The position numbers and the translations under genes were made by a program. From a virus: a DNA stretch of 64,000 nucleotides. The stretch lies in the IMG/VR virus record IMGVR_UViG_3300046697_000246, positions 1 through 64,000 of that record; one strand, given 5' to 3'. Below, piece by piece: positions 9,781 to 19,772 of the stretch. Each line of letters starts with the position of its first letter. Position 1 is the stretch's first letter. The notes beneath the pieces were generated by a model, which had not been told where the DNA came from, ran no database searches, and saw only the letters and a list, made by a program, of their open reading frames with translations.

Positions 9781-11190
9781 ATGGCAAAAGAAAAACCGAC
9801 AGACGAAAAAATCATCCCCCTCGTTCAACCAACACCCGAAGAAGTCAAAAAGGCCGGGGGCGAGAAGCCCGTTGAAAGCAAGGCGATTGACTCTTTCACT
9901 TCACGATTCATTCCCAGACCGCCCGGCGAGCAGCCGCTTGTCACGCCAAAGAAAAAGGAAGACAAGCCGGCAGTCAAGCCAAAGGCAAAGCCAGCGCCGG
10001 CGCACGCAGCAGCCTCACCGCCACCGGTTCCGTTGGGCGCGGATGAAATTGCGGAGGCGGCGGCGCGCGGTGTTGCGACTGCACTGGCCGAAACCAAATC
10101 AACCTTTACGCGCGAAACCCGTTTGGCTGATGAGGAAATAAAGAGAGTGGAGGAGTTGAGAAAATTACCAGCCGCCGAGCAGCGCCGCGTTTCGATCTTG
10201 ACTGAAATGGAGAAATCCAATCCCGATAAATACAAAGGCATGGCCGACCTTTACAAAAAATCACTGGCCAATCTTGTTGACTACGCGGCGAAATGGGAGA
10301 CCGAACACCCCGGCGAAACCTTCGACGAGGATGCCGAGGATCACAAGGAATGGATTGCTCAAAATGAGCAGGGTTTGGATTGGGACGATGACGATTACAC
10401 CGACGCCCTTGCCGAAATCAAAGTCCAAAAGGTTGTGGGCGATTCGCAGAAAAAGGACGATATGAAGGTGGCGGCGGCTGCGCGATTGCAGTCAGCAATG
10501 CCGGTCATTGCCGCCGAGCGCCTGGCTGCCGGACGTTCGTTTCTTTCCAAGATGGGCGAGGAATATGCGGCGATTGTCGGCGAAGACGGAGTTGTGAAGA
10601 AGGAAGTGTTCGACAAATTGAACGCCGAAGACCCGGTAAAAACCGAAATCATCATCAGTTCCGCCGACATGGTTGAGCGGCTTGTGGCCGAGAACCACGC
10701 ACTCTTTAACGGGCTGGTGCCGTTCAGCGGGCAGAACCCATTGCATCGTGACATCAGCAATTTCATTCTTCAAAAGGAGGCGCAGCTTTTGAAACTGCCC
10801 TCCGATCAACAGCAAAACAGCAAGGGACATCCATTCAAACCGGCGGCAGTATTTTGGAAGTTGTCCAAGGAACAGCAGGGGAAGTTCTGGACGTTCAACC
10901 AAAAGGATATTCAGGTGTTGCTCGTCAACGGCGTCTATCAGCAGGCGAAAAAACAAATCTCTGTCGAGGATGAAAAGTTTGCCAAGCGCGCAAAGGCACG
11001 CGGGATAAATCTGGAAACACCACTGGAAAAACCAACGGTTCAGTCCACGGTGAAGCCGGTTCCGGCGGATGAAGACGACAAACCGGAGACGCCAGATGTC
11101 CCGATTCAACCGCGAACTTCCAGCGGAAAAGCGCCGGAATCCACCGATTCACAGTCGAAATTCTTTAATAAATTCATCGCCAAAGCCTGA
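9781..11190 (+). CDS. putative capsid scaffolding protein
   Basis: Charged, helical, low-complexity ends; directly upstream of the capsid gene. Confidence 0.6.
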   Translation: MAKEKPTDEKIIPLVQPTPEEVKKAGGEKPVESKAIDSFTSRFIPRPPGEQPLVTPKKKEDKPAVKPKAKPAPAHAAASPPPVPLGADEIAEAAARGVATALAETKSTFTRETRLADEEIKRVEELRKLPAAEQRRVSILTEMEKSNPDKYKGMADLYKKSLANLVDYAAKWETEHPGETFDEDAEDHKEWIAQNEQGLDWDDDDYTDALAEIKVQKVVGDSQKKDDMKVAAAARLQSAMPVIAAERLAAGRSFLSKMGEEYAAIVGEDGVVKKEVFDKLNAEDPVKTEIIISSADMVERLVAENHALFNGLVPFSGQNPLHRDISNFILQKEAQLLKLPSDQQQNSKGHPFKPAAVFWKLSKEQQGKFWTFNQKDIQVLLVNGVYQQAKKQISVEDEKFAKRAKARGINLETPLEKPTVQSTVKPVPADEDDKPETPDVPIQPRTSSGKAPESTDSQSKFFNKFIAKA

Positions 11191-11212
11191 TTTCAGGCCG
11201 GTTTTTCAACAA

Positions 11213-11243
11213 GCCCGTTCGCAAAAGCGCGAACGGGTCTTTT
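11213..11243 (+). terminator. rho-independent terminator
   Basis: GCCCGTTCGC-AAAAGC-GCGAACGGGT stem followed by CTTTT. Confidence 0.65.
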
Positions 11244-11331
11244 CGTTTTCAAGGTGGATTGAACCTAATGGAGCCTTTTATTTGCAAGGCAATATGGCCA
11301 TTTAGGTCGCGGAGTATTAAGCCCGATAGAA

Positions 11332-11345
11332 TGCCAAATATGGCA
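11332..11345. promoter_or_regulatory. palindromic operator TGCCA-N4-TGGCA (copy 1)
   Basis: ATGCCAAATATGGCAT in the scaffold-capsid intergenic region; recurs at 27376, 30553, 36764. Confidence 0.55.
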
Positions 11346-11448
11346 TCTTCAAAGAATGTGGAAAAATAATTCAACTTTCTTTCAGCAACCCTTGACGAAT
11401 TGAAAGATGCTGTTTGCGTAAAGTTTAACAATTGAACAACGAAAAATT

Positions 11449-13176
11449 ATGGCACTCGTAGCAAACAGTTTCTCGAAATGCGCTCCGGCGATTTCCACCA
11501 ACATCAGGCAATGCGGCAGCGTCACCATCTGTGATGCCGTTCCGCTCGAAGTCGGCGATCTCACCGATGTTTATATGAAATCGGGCAACTACCGCGTCAT
11601 GGAGGCGCTGTTGATGCACGACATGGAAATCAAGATGTGCGAGGCCGTCCAGAACGGGATGTATGATTTCCTGATGGCCAACAGGGTCAATCTGTCGAAA
11701 CGCATCAAGAGCGACAACATGAACAGCGGCCTCATCGAAATCGCGCCGTTCATCATGGCCCGCCAGTTCAGCCCGATCAACGATGAATACTGGATCGTCG
11801 GCAATGGCCGCGCCTCCGCCAGCAATTGGGTTGTCGAAGTCACTTCCTCGACGAACATCCCGATTGATCTCCGCCTGTTCCCCGCCGGCCGCCGCGTTTA
11901 CATTGACTCGATGACCAATGCCGGAACGAAGGCTTCGACGGCATGGGCGATTGTCAGCGCGGTTGACAATGGCGACGACACCGCCGATCTCACGCTCACT
12001 TCGCAGAACGCCAACTCCTTCCTCGACGCCGACAAACTGACCAGCCCGGTCAATGGCGTGATGACGATTGGCTCGAACAATGTCAGCGATTACGAGAAGT
12101 TCTGCAACGAAGACCCCTCCTACATCAACTGGAAGAACGTCCCCTTCTGGTTTGAAACCACGCGCACGAGCCTTTGCAAATCCTCGAACTACGACAAATG
12201 GCGCGCGTTGATTCTCGAAAACAACCCGCTCTTCCGGGAGTTCGGCGACTTGGATGACATCCAGCGCAACAAGCAGCTTGGCCGCTCTTTCCAAAAGAGC
12301 TTAGTCCACAACATCTTTTTCTCGAAACCTCTGCCGAACCAGAGCCTTTCGACCTACAACGACCTCGAAACCATTGACGCATTCGACGGCTCACAGTTCG
12401 GCCTCGGCGTTGACGGCGCGACCTGCCAGGGCAAGCGCGCGAACGTCGTCGGTGTTTACGAACAGTTGGCGGAGTGCGGCCAGATCGTTGACCTTCAAGG
12501 TGCCGGCCTTAACCTGCCCGCGCTGTTCCGGGCGCTCTACAACATTTCGCGTGTCCGCGAGGGCATTGGAAACAAGCCCGACACGATTGACATCTTCACC
12601 GACTCGGTGACTGCCGAGCGCATCAATCAGGCGATGATCAAGTATTACAGCGGCAAGTCGAACAACACTTTGCGGATGACGTTGAGCATTGACGACTCTG
12701 TGAAGTCGTTCAACACGCCCGTTGCTTCGCAGCCGAAGAACGCGGAGTTCGGTTTCCGCTACCGCGCGTATCCGTTGCAGTGGCCGGCGCTGACGATGAA
12801 CATCGTCACCCACTACTTCTTCGACGACTATTTGTCCGCTGGCGCCCGTGCTTACGGTGCGTCATCGAACATGGCGAGGGTGTTGTGGATACTTGACTTT
12901 GCCGGGATCTATCCGGGCATCCTCGCCACAAATAAAGTCATCGCCAAGACTGGCGACCTGAAAACGATGGCGTCTGTCAACTCGGATTACGCGTGCGTGA
13001 TGAAAGTTCCGACGCGCGAGCAGACGTTGACCTCCACCAGTTACACCGTGGTTGTCGAATGTCCCAAGAGCAATCTGATCATCGAGAACTGGGACTCCAC
13101 GGAGATCGAACCGCTGGTTGATAACGGTGCTGATTATCCGAGTGGCGGCACTACGACGACCACACCGCATCATTAA
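11449..13176 (+). CDS. major capsid protein (large, with insertion domain)
   Basis: 575 aa, strongly C-ending codon bias suggesting high expression, follows scaffold, followed by terminator. Confidence 0.75.
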   Translation: MALVANSFSKCAPAISTNIRQCGSVTICDAVPLEVGDLTDVYMKSGNYRVMEALLMHDMEIKMCEAVQNGMYDFLMANRVNLSKRIKSDNMNSGLIEIAPFIMARQFSPINDEYWIVGNGRASASNWVVEVTSSTNIPIDLRLFPAGRRVYIDSMTNAGTKASTAWAIVSAVDNGDDTADLTLTSQNANSFLDADKLTSPVNGVMTIGSNNVSDYEKFCNEDPSYINWKNVPFWFETTRTSLCKSSNYDKWRALILENNPLFREFGDLDDIQRNKQLGRSFQKSLVHNIFFSKPLPNQSLSTYNDLETIDAFDGSQFGLGVDGATCQGKRANVVGVYEQLAECGQIVDLQGAGLNLPALFRALYNISRVREGIGNKPDTIDIFTDSVTAERINQAMIKYYSGKSNNTLRMTLSIDDSVKSFNTPVASQPKNAEFGFRYRAYPLQWPALTMNIVTHYFFDDYLSAGARAYGASSNMARVLWILDFAGIYPGILATNKVIAKTGDLKTMASVNSDYACVMKVPTREQTLTSTSYTVVVECPKSNLIIENWDSTEIEPLVDNGADYPSGGTTTTTPHH

Positions 13177-13200
13177 GTTTTTCGCGTTGGTTTTGTCATC

Positions 13201-13231
13201 GGCGGCGCGGGGTGGTTCCCGCGCCGTTTTT
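13201..13231 (+). terminator. rho-independent terminator after capsid gene
   Basis: GGCGGCGCGGG-GTGGTT-CCCGCGCCG followed by TTTTT. Confidence 0.7.
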
Positions 13232-13270
13232 GCTTGCAAATCGCGGCGTTAAGATTTACAGTGATGCGAC

Positions 13271-13735
13271 ATGAAACTTTTTTTCAAAAAAGAACTCTGC
13301 GCGAATAAATTCTTCGTTGACAATTCTCCCGTCCCATTCGAGTGTCAGCCATCCAACACCGGCGTCATCGCTTTGGATTCCGAGGCTGACGCAAAACTTG
13401 TCGCCGCGTTGGATGATGCGATTTCCAAACGCAAGGGCGGCATCGGTAAAATTGATGAGGCGACCTACGAAGCCATAAAAAAAAACAAGATCGGCAGAGT
13501 ATCCGCCGCCTTCTTGCCCAGTCAAAGGTTGCAAGTCCTCAAAGTCCCAAGCCCGTTCGGCAAGCCAAAGGACACCGCAGTTGTTGCGGCGGCTGAAAAT
13601 CCAGTTCATCAGCGAAGCCCCGCAAACAGTCCTGGTGAGGCGCTTGGTTCCACGGATCAAAGAGGGTCGTTCATCCCTCGCCGAGGCAAGGTGTTGAACG
13701 ACTCGGACAAGACAAAAGTTCCCGGCAACCCATGA
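13271..13735 (+). CDS. hypothetical protein
   Basis: 154-aa ORF in the structural operon. Confidence 0.6.
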   Translation: MKLFFKKELCANKFFVDNSPVPFECQPSNTGVIALDSEADAKLVAALDDAISKRKGGIGKIDEATYEAIKKNKIGRVSAAFLPSQRLQVLKVPSPFGKPKDTAVVAAAENPVHQRSPANSPGEALGSTDQRGSFIPRRGKVLNDSDKTKVPGNP

Positions 13736-13738
13736 TAA

Positions 13739-15829
13739 ATGAGCGCCACTTTTGGAAAACTCAAATCAGATGTCCGGGCAATAATTTTTCCAAGCGGGGA
13801 AAGTTCAAATCTTATCGCCGCTCACGACAAGGCATTTGTTGACGCGCTGATTGACCTGCAAATTTTTGTTGAATGCCTTCAAACTGACAACACTTCACTT
13901 TTTCCGCAATGCTCCACGCTTTACAACTGTGGCATCACCGTGTTCGACGCGCCGCGTGGCCGGATTAAAAAAGTGTCAGTCATTGATTCGCAACGGTCGC
14001 CAGCGCCCAGCGGCGACATTTTGTTTTCAGGAACATTCAACCCTCAGATAACGGATGCGGCCAGAGGAATGTCAGACATCGGCACCATCGTCAATCCCGA
14101 TCTTTACATCATTGAAATTATCGGCCAAGGGACAAGGTGCTCCGGGAAAAAGGTGCCGCAATACTTCAACGTCAACATCCTTTACAAGTCCCCTTCAGGT
14201 GTGCAGACCGCAACCAATCGCGTGACGCTCAACGATTGCAACACAGACCAGACAATTCAGGCCAACATCGTGGCCAACTCTGATGTTTATGTTTCCATCG
14301 TTCCGGTCAATGTTCCCGTGAAAAACTCGCCGGGCGATGGCGGCGCGCAAATCACGGTGAATGTCCGGCAAAACATTGCCACGGACATCCTTACGTCGGT
14401 TGATGAATACTGCTCGGAAATTGAATACAAGCAGGTTGATCCGGCTTACGTTCAAAAATACTGGAATGAGACCCGGCACCGGAGATATTGTCCATCCATT
14501 CCATTTTTCTTCGGCTTGGATGCTGAACAAAGCGGGATGCGGAATTATCCGCCCGTGCCAACGGACGCCACGGTTCCCGCCGGGCTTGCCGTTTTGCCGA
14601 TGGGGTTTCATTATCCGCAATCCGACACGGACAAAAAGCATCGCGCGCGCTCCGGCGTGTGGGCGATTGAGCGCGGGAAAATCTATATCGCTCCGTGGAT
14701 TGACAGCACGGAAACCGTGCTGGTCAAGTGGGATGGCATCAAACGAATCTGGGCGGATGCCGACCCGGTTGACGACGACCCGCTGTTGACTGAGGCGGTT
14801 ACGGCGTTTGTCCGGCAAAACCACTACACCTATTGGGATCGGGATTACGAGGCGGCGCAGGTCGCGCAGGGAGCATACAACGAGGCGCGAGCCAAGCTCA
14901 TCCATGAATGCCGGGAAGAAACCCGGATACGCGGCGATGAGCCGAGTTTTGCCAGGGCGGTTTCCTCGGCAAATTCAGCCGGCGGCGGGGCGCTGTTCTA
15001 CAACAACGCGCAGACGGCCACGGCCAGTTGTTCGTCTGGTCAAACCGGAAATCCAGTTTCGGTGACGATTCCGGCAGGAACCGTTGCCAGTTCGCTTTCA
15101 CAGGCTGATGCCGACACACAGGCATTGGCGCAGGCGCAGCAGCAGGCAACGGCGCAGTTGAATTGCCAGTCACCACTGATAACCTATTACAACGCCGCGC
15201 AGAGTTTCACGGCGGTTTGCACGGGAGAAACCGGAGCGCCAAGTCCCACAGGAACACCAGTGACAGTCACAATTTCAGCCGGAGCAATTTCTTCGGTTGT
15301 CAGCCAAGACGATGCAAATGCTCTTGCGTTGGCGCAGGCCACCAGCGAAGCGACCGATCAACTGGTTTGCATCTGGCACAACAAGGCCGTCAGTTTCACG
15401 GCGTCCTGCCCATTGAATCCAAGCATCACCGCAGTAGGCACCACGCCCTCCGGAACCAGTTCATGCGACTCGACATTATCACAAGCGGAAGCCGACAATA
15501 ATGCACTGATTGCCGCGACCAATTCCGCAAATACAGCCCTTAATTGCGGCGGCGGGGTGCTTTATTTCAACACCCTCCAATCAGCAACTAAATTGGCTTT
15601 CTGTAAAGGCCCAGGAGTTTATGCCGGCTGCAATATGCAAGTCATGCTCCTTGTGCCGGCGGGAAGCTTTAATTCCCGCGTATCGCAAGCTGATGCAAAT
15701 CAACAGGCGATCAACTGGGCAAATGGCAGAATTTTAAGTGCCTGGCTTTCGGCCTGCATGAAGTATCCCCCAACTGGGATTTCAGTGTGTCCGCCAATCA
15801 CCATTCAATATCCCAATACGAGCGTATGA
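13739..15829 (+). CDS. head-tail adaptor-like protein fused to about four DUF5977-like repeats
   Basis: N-terminal TFGKLKSDVRAII and GKIYIAPW adaptor-like segments; C-terminal repeats YxNxAQxxTAxC...VTIxAG...SQxDAxxxA. Confidence 0.6.
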   Translation: MSATFGKLKSDVRAIIFPSGESSNLIAAHDKAFVDALIDLQIFVECLQTDNTSLFPQCSTLYNCGITVFDAPRGRIKKVSVIDSQRSPAPSGDILFSGTFNPQITDAARGMSDIGTIVNPDLYIIEIIGQGTRCSGKKVPQYFNVNILYKSPSGVQTATNRVTLNDCNTDQTIQANIVANSDVYVSIVPVNVPVKNSPGDGGAQITVNVRQNIATDILTSVDEYCSEIEYKQVDPAYVQKYWNETRHRRYCPSIPFFFGLDAEQSGMRNYPPVPTDATVPAGLAVLPMGFHYPQSDTDKKHRARSGVWAIERGKIYIAPWIDSTETVLVKWDGIKRIWADADPVDDDPLLTEAVTAFVRQNHYTYWDRDYEAAQVAQGAYNEARAKLIHECREETRIRGDEPSFARAVSSANSAGGGALFYNNAQTATASCSSGQTGNPVSVTIPAGTVASSLSQADADTQALAQAQQQATAQLNCQSPLITYYNAAQSFTAVCTGETGAPSPTGTPVTVTISAGAISSVVSQDDANALALAQATSEATDQLVCIWHNKAVSFTASCPLNPSITAVGTTPSGTSSCDSTLSQAEADNNALIAATNSANTALNCGGGVLYFNTLQSATKLAFCKGPGVYAGCNMQVMLLVPAGSFNSRVSQADANQQAINWANGRILSAWLSACMKYPPTGISVCPPITIQYPNTSV

Positions 15830-18800
15830 ATTTCGGCTTAATCATCAAAGTGGATTGCGTGAACATCGGATCGGTTCCGAATCAGAATTGCAACGACCCT
15901 GCATTTGCTGAACTCAACCCCGGCATTTGCGGCTCGACACCGCAACTCATCATCCAGCCGTCGAATGTGCTTTGCTGCTTGCTGGGAGGAGTGAAATTTA
16001 GCGCAGTTCAGATTCTAAATGGAGTTGAAACGGACGTGACGGCCTCGACCATTTTCCAGATTTCAGATCCGGCCATAGCTGTGATTGGGGTTTCCAGTGG
16101 CCGGGCGACCGGCGTTGGTGAAGGTGAAGCCGTGGTGAATGCGACCTACAACGGCATGACAACGCAGGCTTCACTCACCGTCATCGGGCAACCAGACGAA
16201 TGCGGGTGTTGCGATGACGTGGAGGTTGCCATGATGGTTGTGGTGGACAACAGCCTTTCGATGTCGCAACAGTTCAATGGGAGTTACCTGACAAAGCTGG
16301 CGTATGCAAAGGCGGCGGCGAAACGATTTATCGGTGAAGTCAACGGGACGAAAGACCTGGTTGGGCTGATGACATTCAACGACAGTGGCGGCACGGTGGT
16401 TTCCGATTTGTCGCACGATGAAAACGCAGTCGCGGCACTCGTGAACGACATCAGCCAGACCAGCCAGTTGACCGGATACGCGGCGGCGCTGACCGCCGCA
16501 ATCGGCGCGCTCAACGCAAGCGGCGCGTCGGAACTGGTGCTCGTTTTGATGAGCGACGGAGTTGACACGTCAACCGCCGATTCAACGGACATGGCGGACG
16601 CGCTGGCCTTGGCAAAACAATTCCAGTCCGGCGGCGGGATAATCATTTGTTTAGGTGTGCGGTCAAGCAGCGGCGGTTTCAGCTTTTTGGAGTCACTGTC
16701 AACGGGCGGTTTCTTTGTCAACGCCTTCGACTCGACGGCGACGGCTGCGCTTGGCTATTTGAGCGGCATGAAGGGATATTTCTGCGCGGGCAATTGCGCC
16801 CCGGTAGGTGATGATTATGTTGCCAAAGGGCAGTTCGATTATTGCGCGTTTGCGAACTGGAATGTGGTTGGAGGCCATGTAGATTTACTGGGGAATGGGT
16901 TTCTGGATTACCTGCCCGGCAACGGGCTTTACGTTGAACTTGCCGGGAGTGATGCACCGCACGGCGGCGCGATGGTCAGCAAGAATTCTTTCGCATTGAA
17001 GTCCGGCCACAATTACCGGCTGTCTTTGAATCTGGCTGGCAATCAGCGCGTGGCGGGATCTCCGAACACGGTTTTGATGAAGATATTCGGGCGCAACAAT
17101 GACGGGCTTTCAAACCCGTCGGGTGCCCCGGTGTTGACGGTGAACAATGCCGGCAACACGCTTTCGACCACGCCGACCTACAAGTATGCATACACCTACA
17201 CCAACGCCAATGGCGAGACGGCGCCAAGCCCGGTGGCATCGGCAACGCCGACAACTGATGGCGCGTCCGTCACCGTCCAAACCGCCGCTGATGCGAGCGC
17301 GGACAAAATACGGATTTACCGGACAATTGGAACTGCACCGGACAGCCCTTATTATCTGATTGCCGAAATTGACAATACCGCCCCGGCCTACACGGATTAC
17401 ATGAACGAGGCGGACATGATTGCAGCGATGGCGGCTGGAACGGTTGACACTTGCGCGGTTGTTCCGACGGCCAACACCACTGGTTCAACGGTGAACTATC
17501 TGAATCAGTCGGTATCCATCAACAATTACCAACAGGGATTCACGCCGCAATCGTTCACGTTCACCGCGCCATCCGATGCGGTGGTCTGGATTTCATTCCA
17601 GCAGACGGCATTCCCGGCGGGCGCGGCGTCAACGGGATTGCTGCTCGACAGCGTTTCCTTTGACGACACGACGGACATCATCAATTTGTTGCGCGACGAT
17701 TTCACGAATGAGAATTTGACGTATATCCCCCCAGCTTGCGGGACTGGAAAGACGTATGTGCCGGTAGGTTACCAGTATTACGGACAATGCGGGTCGTATT
17801 CCAATCAGACAACAACCACACTAATCCCGCTGATGACTTCGGCTAATACGCCGTCTGGAATCGCATCCGCGTCCGATCAATATACGTTTGCAGGACAAAA
17901 TAACTCCCTTTATCCGTGGAAGGCATTCGACGGAAGTGCCGGAATAGCTGTCGGATTATTCAGCGCCTTCGACCACGCATGGGCGACCGTTAGTTACCAA
18001 GGATGGTTGCAATACCAATTCAACACGCCACAATTGGTTAATAGTTATTCATTCTCAATAAACAATTCGTCTCTATCTTGGTCGTTCCAAGGTTCAAATA
18101 ACGGATCAAGCTGGACGACGCTGGACACGCAAACTGGTTTTAATTTTGGCAGTTCGAATGCAAACTTGATGAGGAGCATTAATACGTTTAGCTTCAGCAA
18201 TACGACTGCATATTCGTATTATCGAATCCTGCTATTATACCCACCAGCGCCATATCAAGGTGATTACCTATTGGTTTCATTGTTCCAAATGTATTCCACC
18301 ATAAATGTATCAGGGAATGTCTTATGCTACGTCCAGCCCTACGGCTACGAATCCGGCTATTGCTGCTACGGTGAAGGCTGTCTCGACACGCCTCCTCCCG
18401 CGCAACTCCAAGACCCATCACCGCAACCCGACATCGAGTCCGGTTACACGCCGCCCGGCACCTATCAAAGCACGCAACAAGTTTGTGTCAGTTGTCCCGG
18501 CGAACAGGTTAATTTCCAGCCCGCCAGTCTGATACCCGCGATGACCAGCGATACCATGCCAAGCGGGATTGTGTCGGCATCCAGTTACAGCAGCACGAAT
18601 TATCCGTGGCAGGCTTTCCGGGGTTTCGCCACGATTGCCGGCCAGTTGTGGGATGCGGGCGGGAATTGTCCGCAATGGCTTCAATATCAGTTTGCCGCAG
18701 AACAGACGATTGGAAATTACGGCGTCACGCTCGGATTGATCGGGGCGTCAAATGTCAGTTTTGAATTTCAAGTCTCCGACGATGGCACAAACTGGACGAC

Positions 18801-19752
18801 CGTTGACACCCAGACCGGGCTTTCATTCTACGGCAGCGAGCGGAAGCTGTTCACCCTCGGTGCCCCGGCATCATGCACTTTCATCCGGCTCACCTTAACC
18901 AGCATCACCATTGCCGGAACTCCACAGCAATATCCGTTCGTCAACCTGATTGAAGTATTTGCTCCGGCTCCGCTCCAAGTATGTGCCAGCGCCTCCTACA
19001 CCAGCGAGATCAGTCAGACCGACGCAGATTCAAAGGCCACGGCAGCGGCCACGGCAGCGGCCACGGCACAACTGAATTGTGTTGATGGTTTTACCGCAAC
19101 GGAATCATTCACGGCAAGTTGCATAGTTGGCATGACTGGATCATCTGTAACCAAATCAGTCACGGCAACCAGTCTTATCAGCCTGCAAGACGCGCAGAAC
19201 AATGCACAGGCTGCGGCACAAGCGGCGGCGGAAACCGCCTTGGTGTGCGTTTGCAACGACACGAGCGAAGACACCATCACCATTCCGCTTGAAGGCGCGG
19301 CAACTCTGTATCCTGCCAGTCAATGTGTTTCTGGCAAAACCGGGACGATTACAAAAGTTACGGTCGAACTTGCCGGCTTTTATCATACATCGCCCAGCGA
19401 TGTCAGTGTGGTTTTGATGAGTCCGACCGGAACGATTGTTGAACTGATGCGGAATTGTGGCGGTGAAAATGCGGTATTCGAGGCATCCGACTGCAACATT
19501 ATTTTCGATGACAGCGCGGCAAACCCGCTTCCAGACAACGCACAGATTGTTTCTGGCACTTACAAACCGACGCAACGAGGTCTGACTGTATCACTGCCCG
19601 CCCCATGCCCGTCAGGGACACCGCATAACACCTTGGCGGCATTCATCGGAGAAGACCCGAATGGCGTCTGGAACTTGTTTGTTTTTGACAGCCAGCCGCT
19701 GGATGGCGGGGCAATCGTCGGCGGGTTCGCCGTGAACATAACTTCTGCATAA
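15826..19752 (+). CDS. multidomain virion surface/tail protein (Ig-like Big2, vWA, FN3-like, two F5/8C-like, DUF5977-like repeats, P-proprotein-like domain)
   Basis: GRATGVGEGEAVVNATY (Big2); VVDNSLSM and LMSDG (vWA MIDAS); WLQYQF...QGSNNG/QVSDDG (F5/8C); GEDPNGVWNLFVFD (P domain). Confidence 0.75.
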   Translation: MNFGLIIKVDCVNIGSVPNQNCNDPAFAELNPGICGSTPQLIIQPSNVLCCLLGGVKFSAVQILNGVETDVTASTIFQISDPAIAVIGVSSGRATGVGEGEAVVNATYNGMTTQASLTVIGQPDECGCCDDVEVAMMVVVDNSLSMSQQFNGSYLTKLAYAKAAAKRFIGEVNGTKDLVGLMTFNDSGGTVVSDLSHDENAVAALVNDISQTSQLTGYAAALTAAIGALNASGASELVLVLMSDGVDTSTADSTDMADALALAKQFQSGGGIIICLGVRSSSGGFSFLESLSTGGFFVNAFDSTATAALGYLSGMKGYFCAGNCAPVGDDYVAKGQFDYCAFANWNVVGGHVDLLGNGFLDYLPGNGLYVELAGSDAPHGGAMVSKNSFALKSGHNYRLSLNLAGNQRVAGSPNTVLMKIFGRNNDGLSNPSGAPVLTVNNAGNTLSTTPTYKYAYTYTNANGETAPSPVASATPTTDGASVTVQTAADASADKIRIYRTIGTAPDSPYYLIAEIDNTAPAYTDYMNEADMIAAMAAGTVDTCAVVPTANTTGSTVNYLNQSVSINNYQQGFTPQSFTFTAPSDAVVWISFQQTAFPAGAASTGLLLDSVSFDDTTDIINLLRDDFTNENLTYIPPACGTGKTYVPVGYQYYGQCGSYSNQTTTTLIPLMTSANTPSGIASASDQYTFAGQNNSLYPWKAFDGSAGIAVGLFSAFDHAWATVSYQGWLQYQFNTPQLVNSYSFSINNSSLSWSFQGSNNGSSWTTLDTQTGFNFGSSNANLMRSINTFSFSNTTAYSYYRILLLYPPAPYQGDYLLVSLFQMYSTINVSGNVLCYVQPYGYESGYCCYGEGCLDTPPPAQLQDPSPQPDIESGYTPPGTYQSTQQVCVSCPGEQVNFQPASLIPAMTSDTMPSGIVSASSYSSTNYPWQAFRGFATIAGQLWDAGGNCPQWLQYQFAAEQTIGNYGVTLGLIGASNVSFEFQVSDDGTNWTTVDTQTGLSFYGSERKLFTLGAPASCTFIRLTLTSITIAGTPQQYPFVNLIEVFAPAPLQVCASASYTSEISQTDADSKATAAATAAATAQLNCVDGFTATESFTASCIVGMTGSSVTKSVTATSLISLQDAQNNAQAAAQAAAETALVCVCNDTSEDTITIPLEGAATLYPASQCVSGKTGTITKVTVELAGFYHTSPSDVSVVLMSPTGTIVELMRNCGGENAVFEASDCNIIFDDSAANPLPDNAQIVSGTYKPTQRGLTVSLPAPCPSGTPHNTLAAFIGEDPNGVWNLFVFDSQPLDGGAIVGGFAVNITSA

Positions 19753-19772
19753 ACCAAAGGACATCCCGGCAA

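Noticed and set aside
19034-19068. 12-bp tandem repeat GGCCACGGCAGC
   Set aside because: It simply encodes an Ala/Thr helix within a DUF5977-like repeat.
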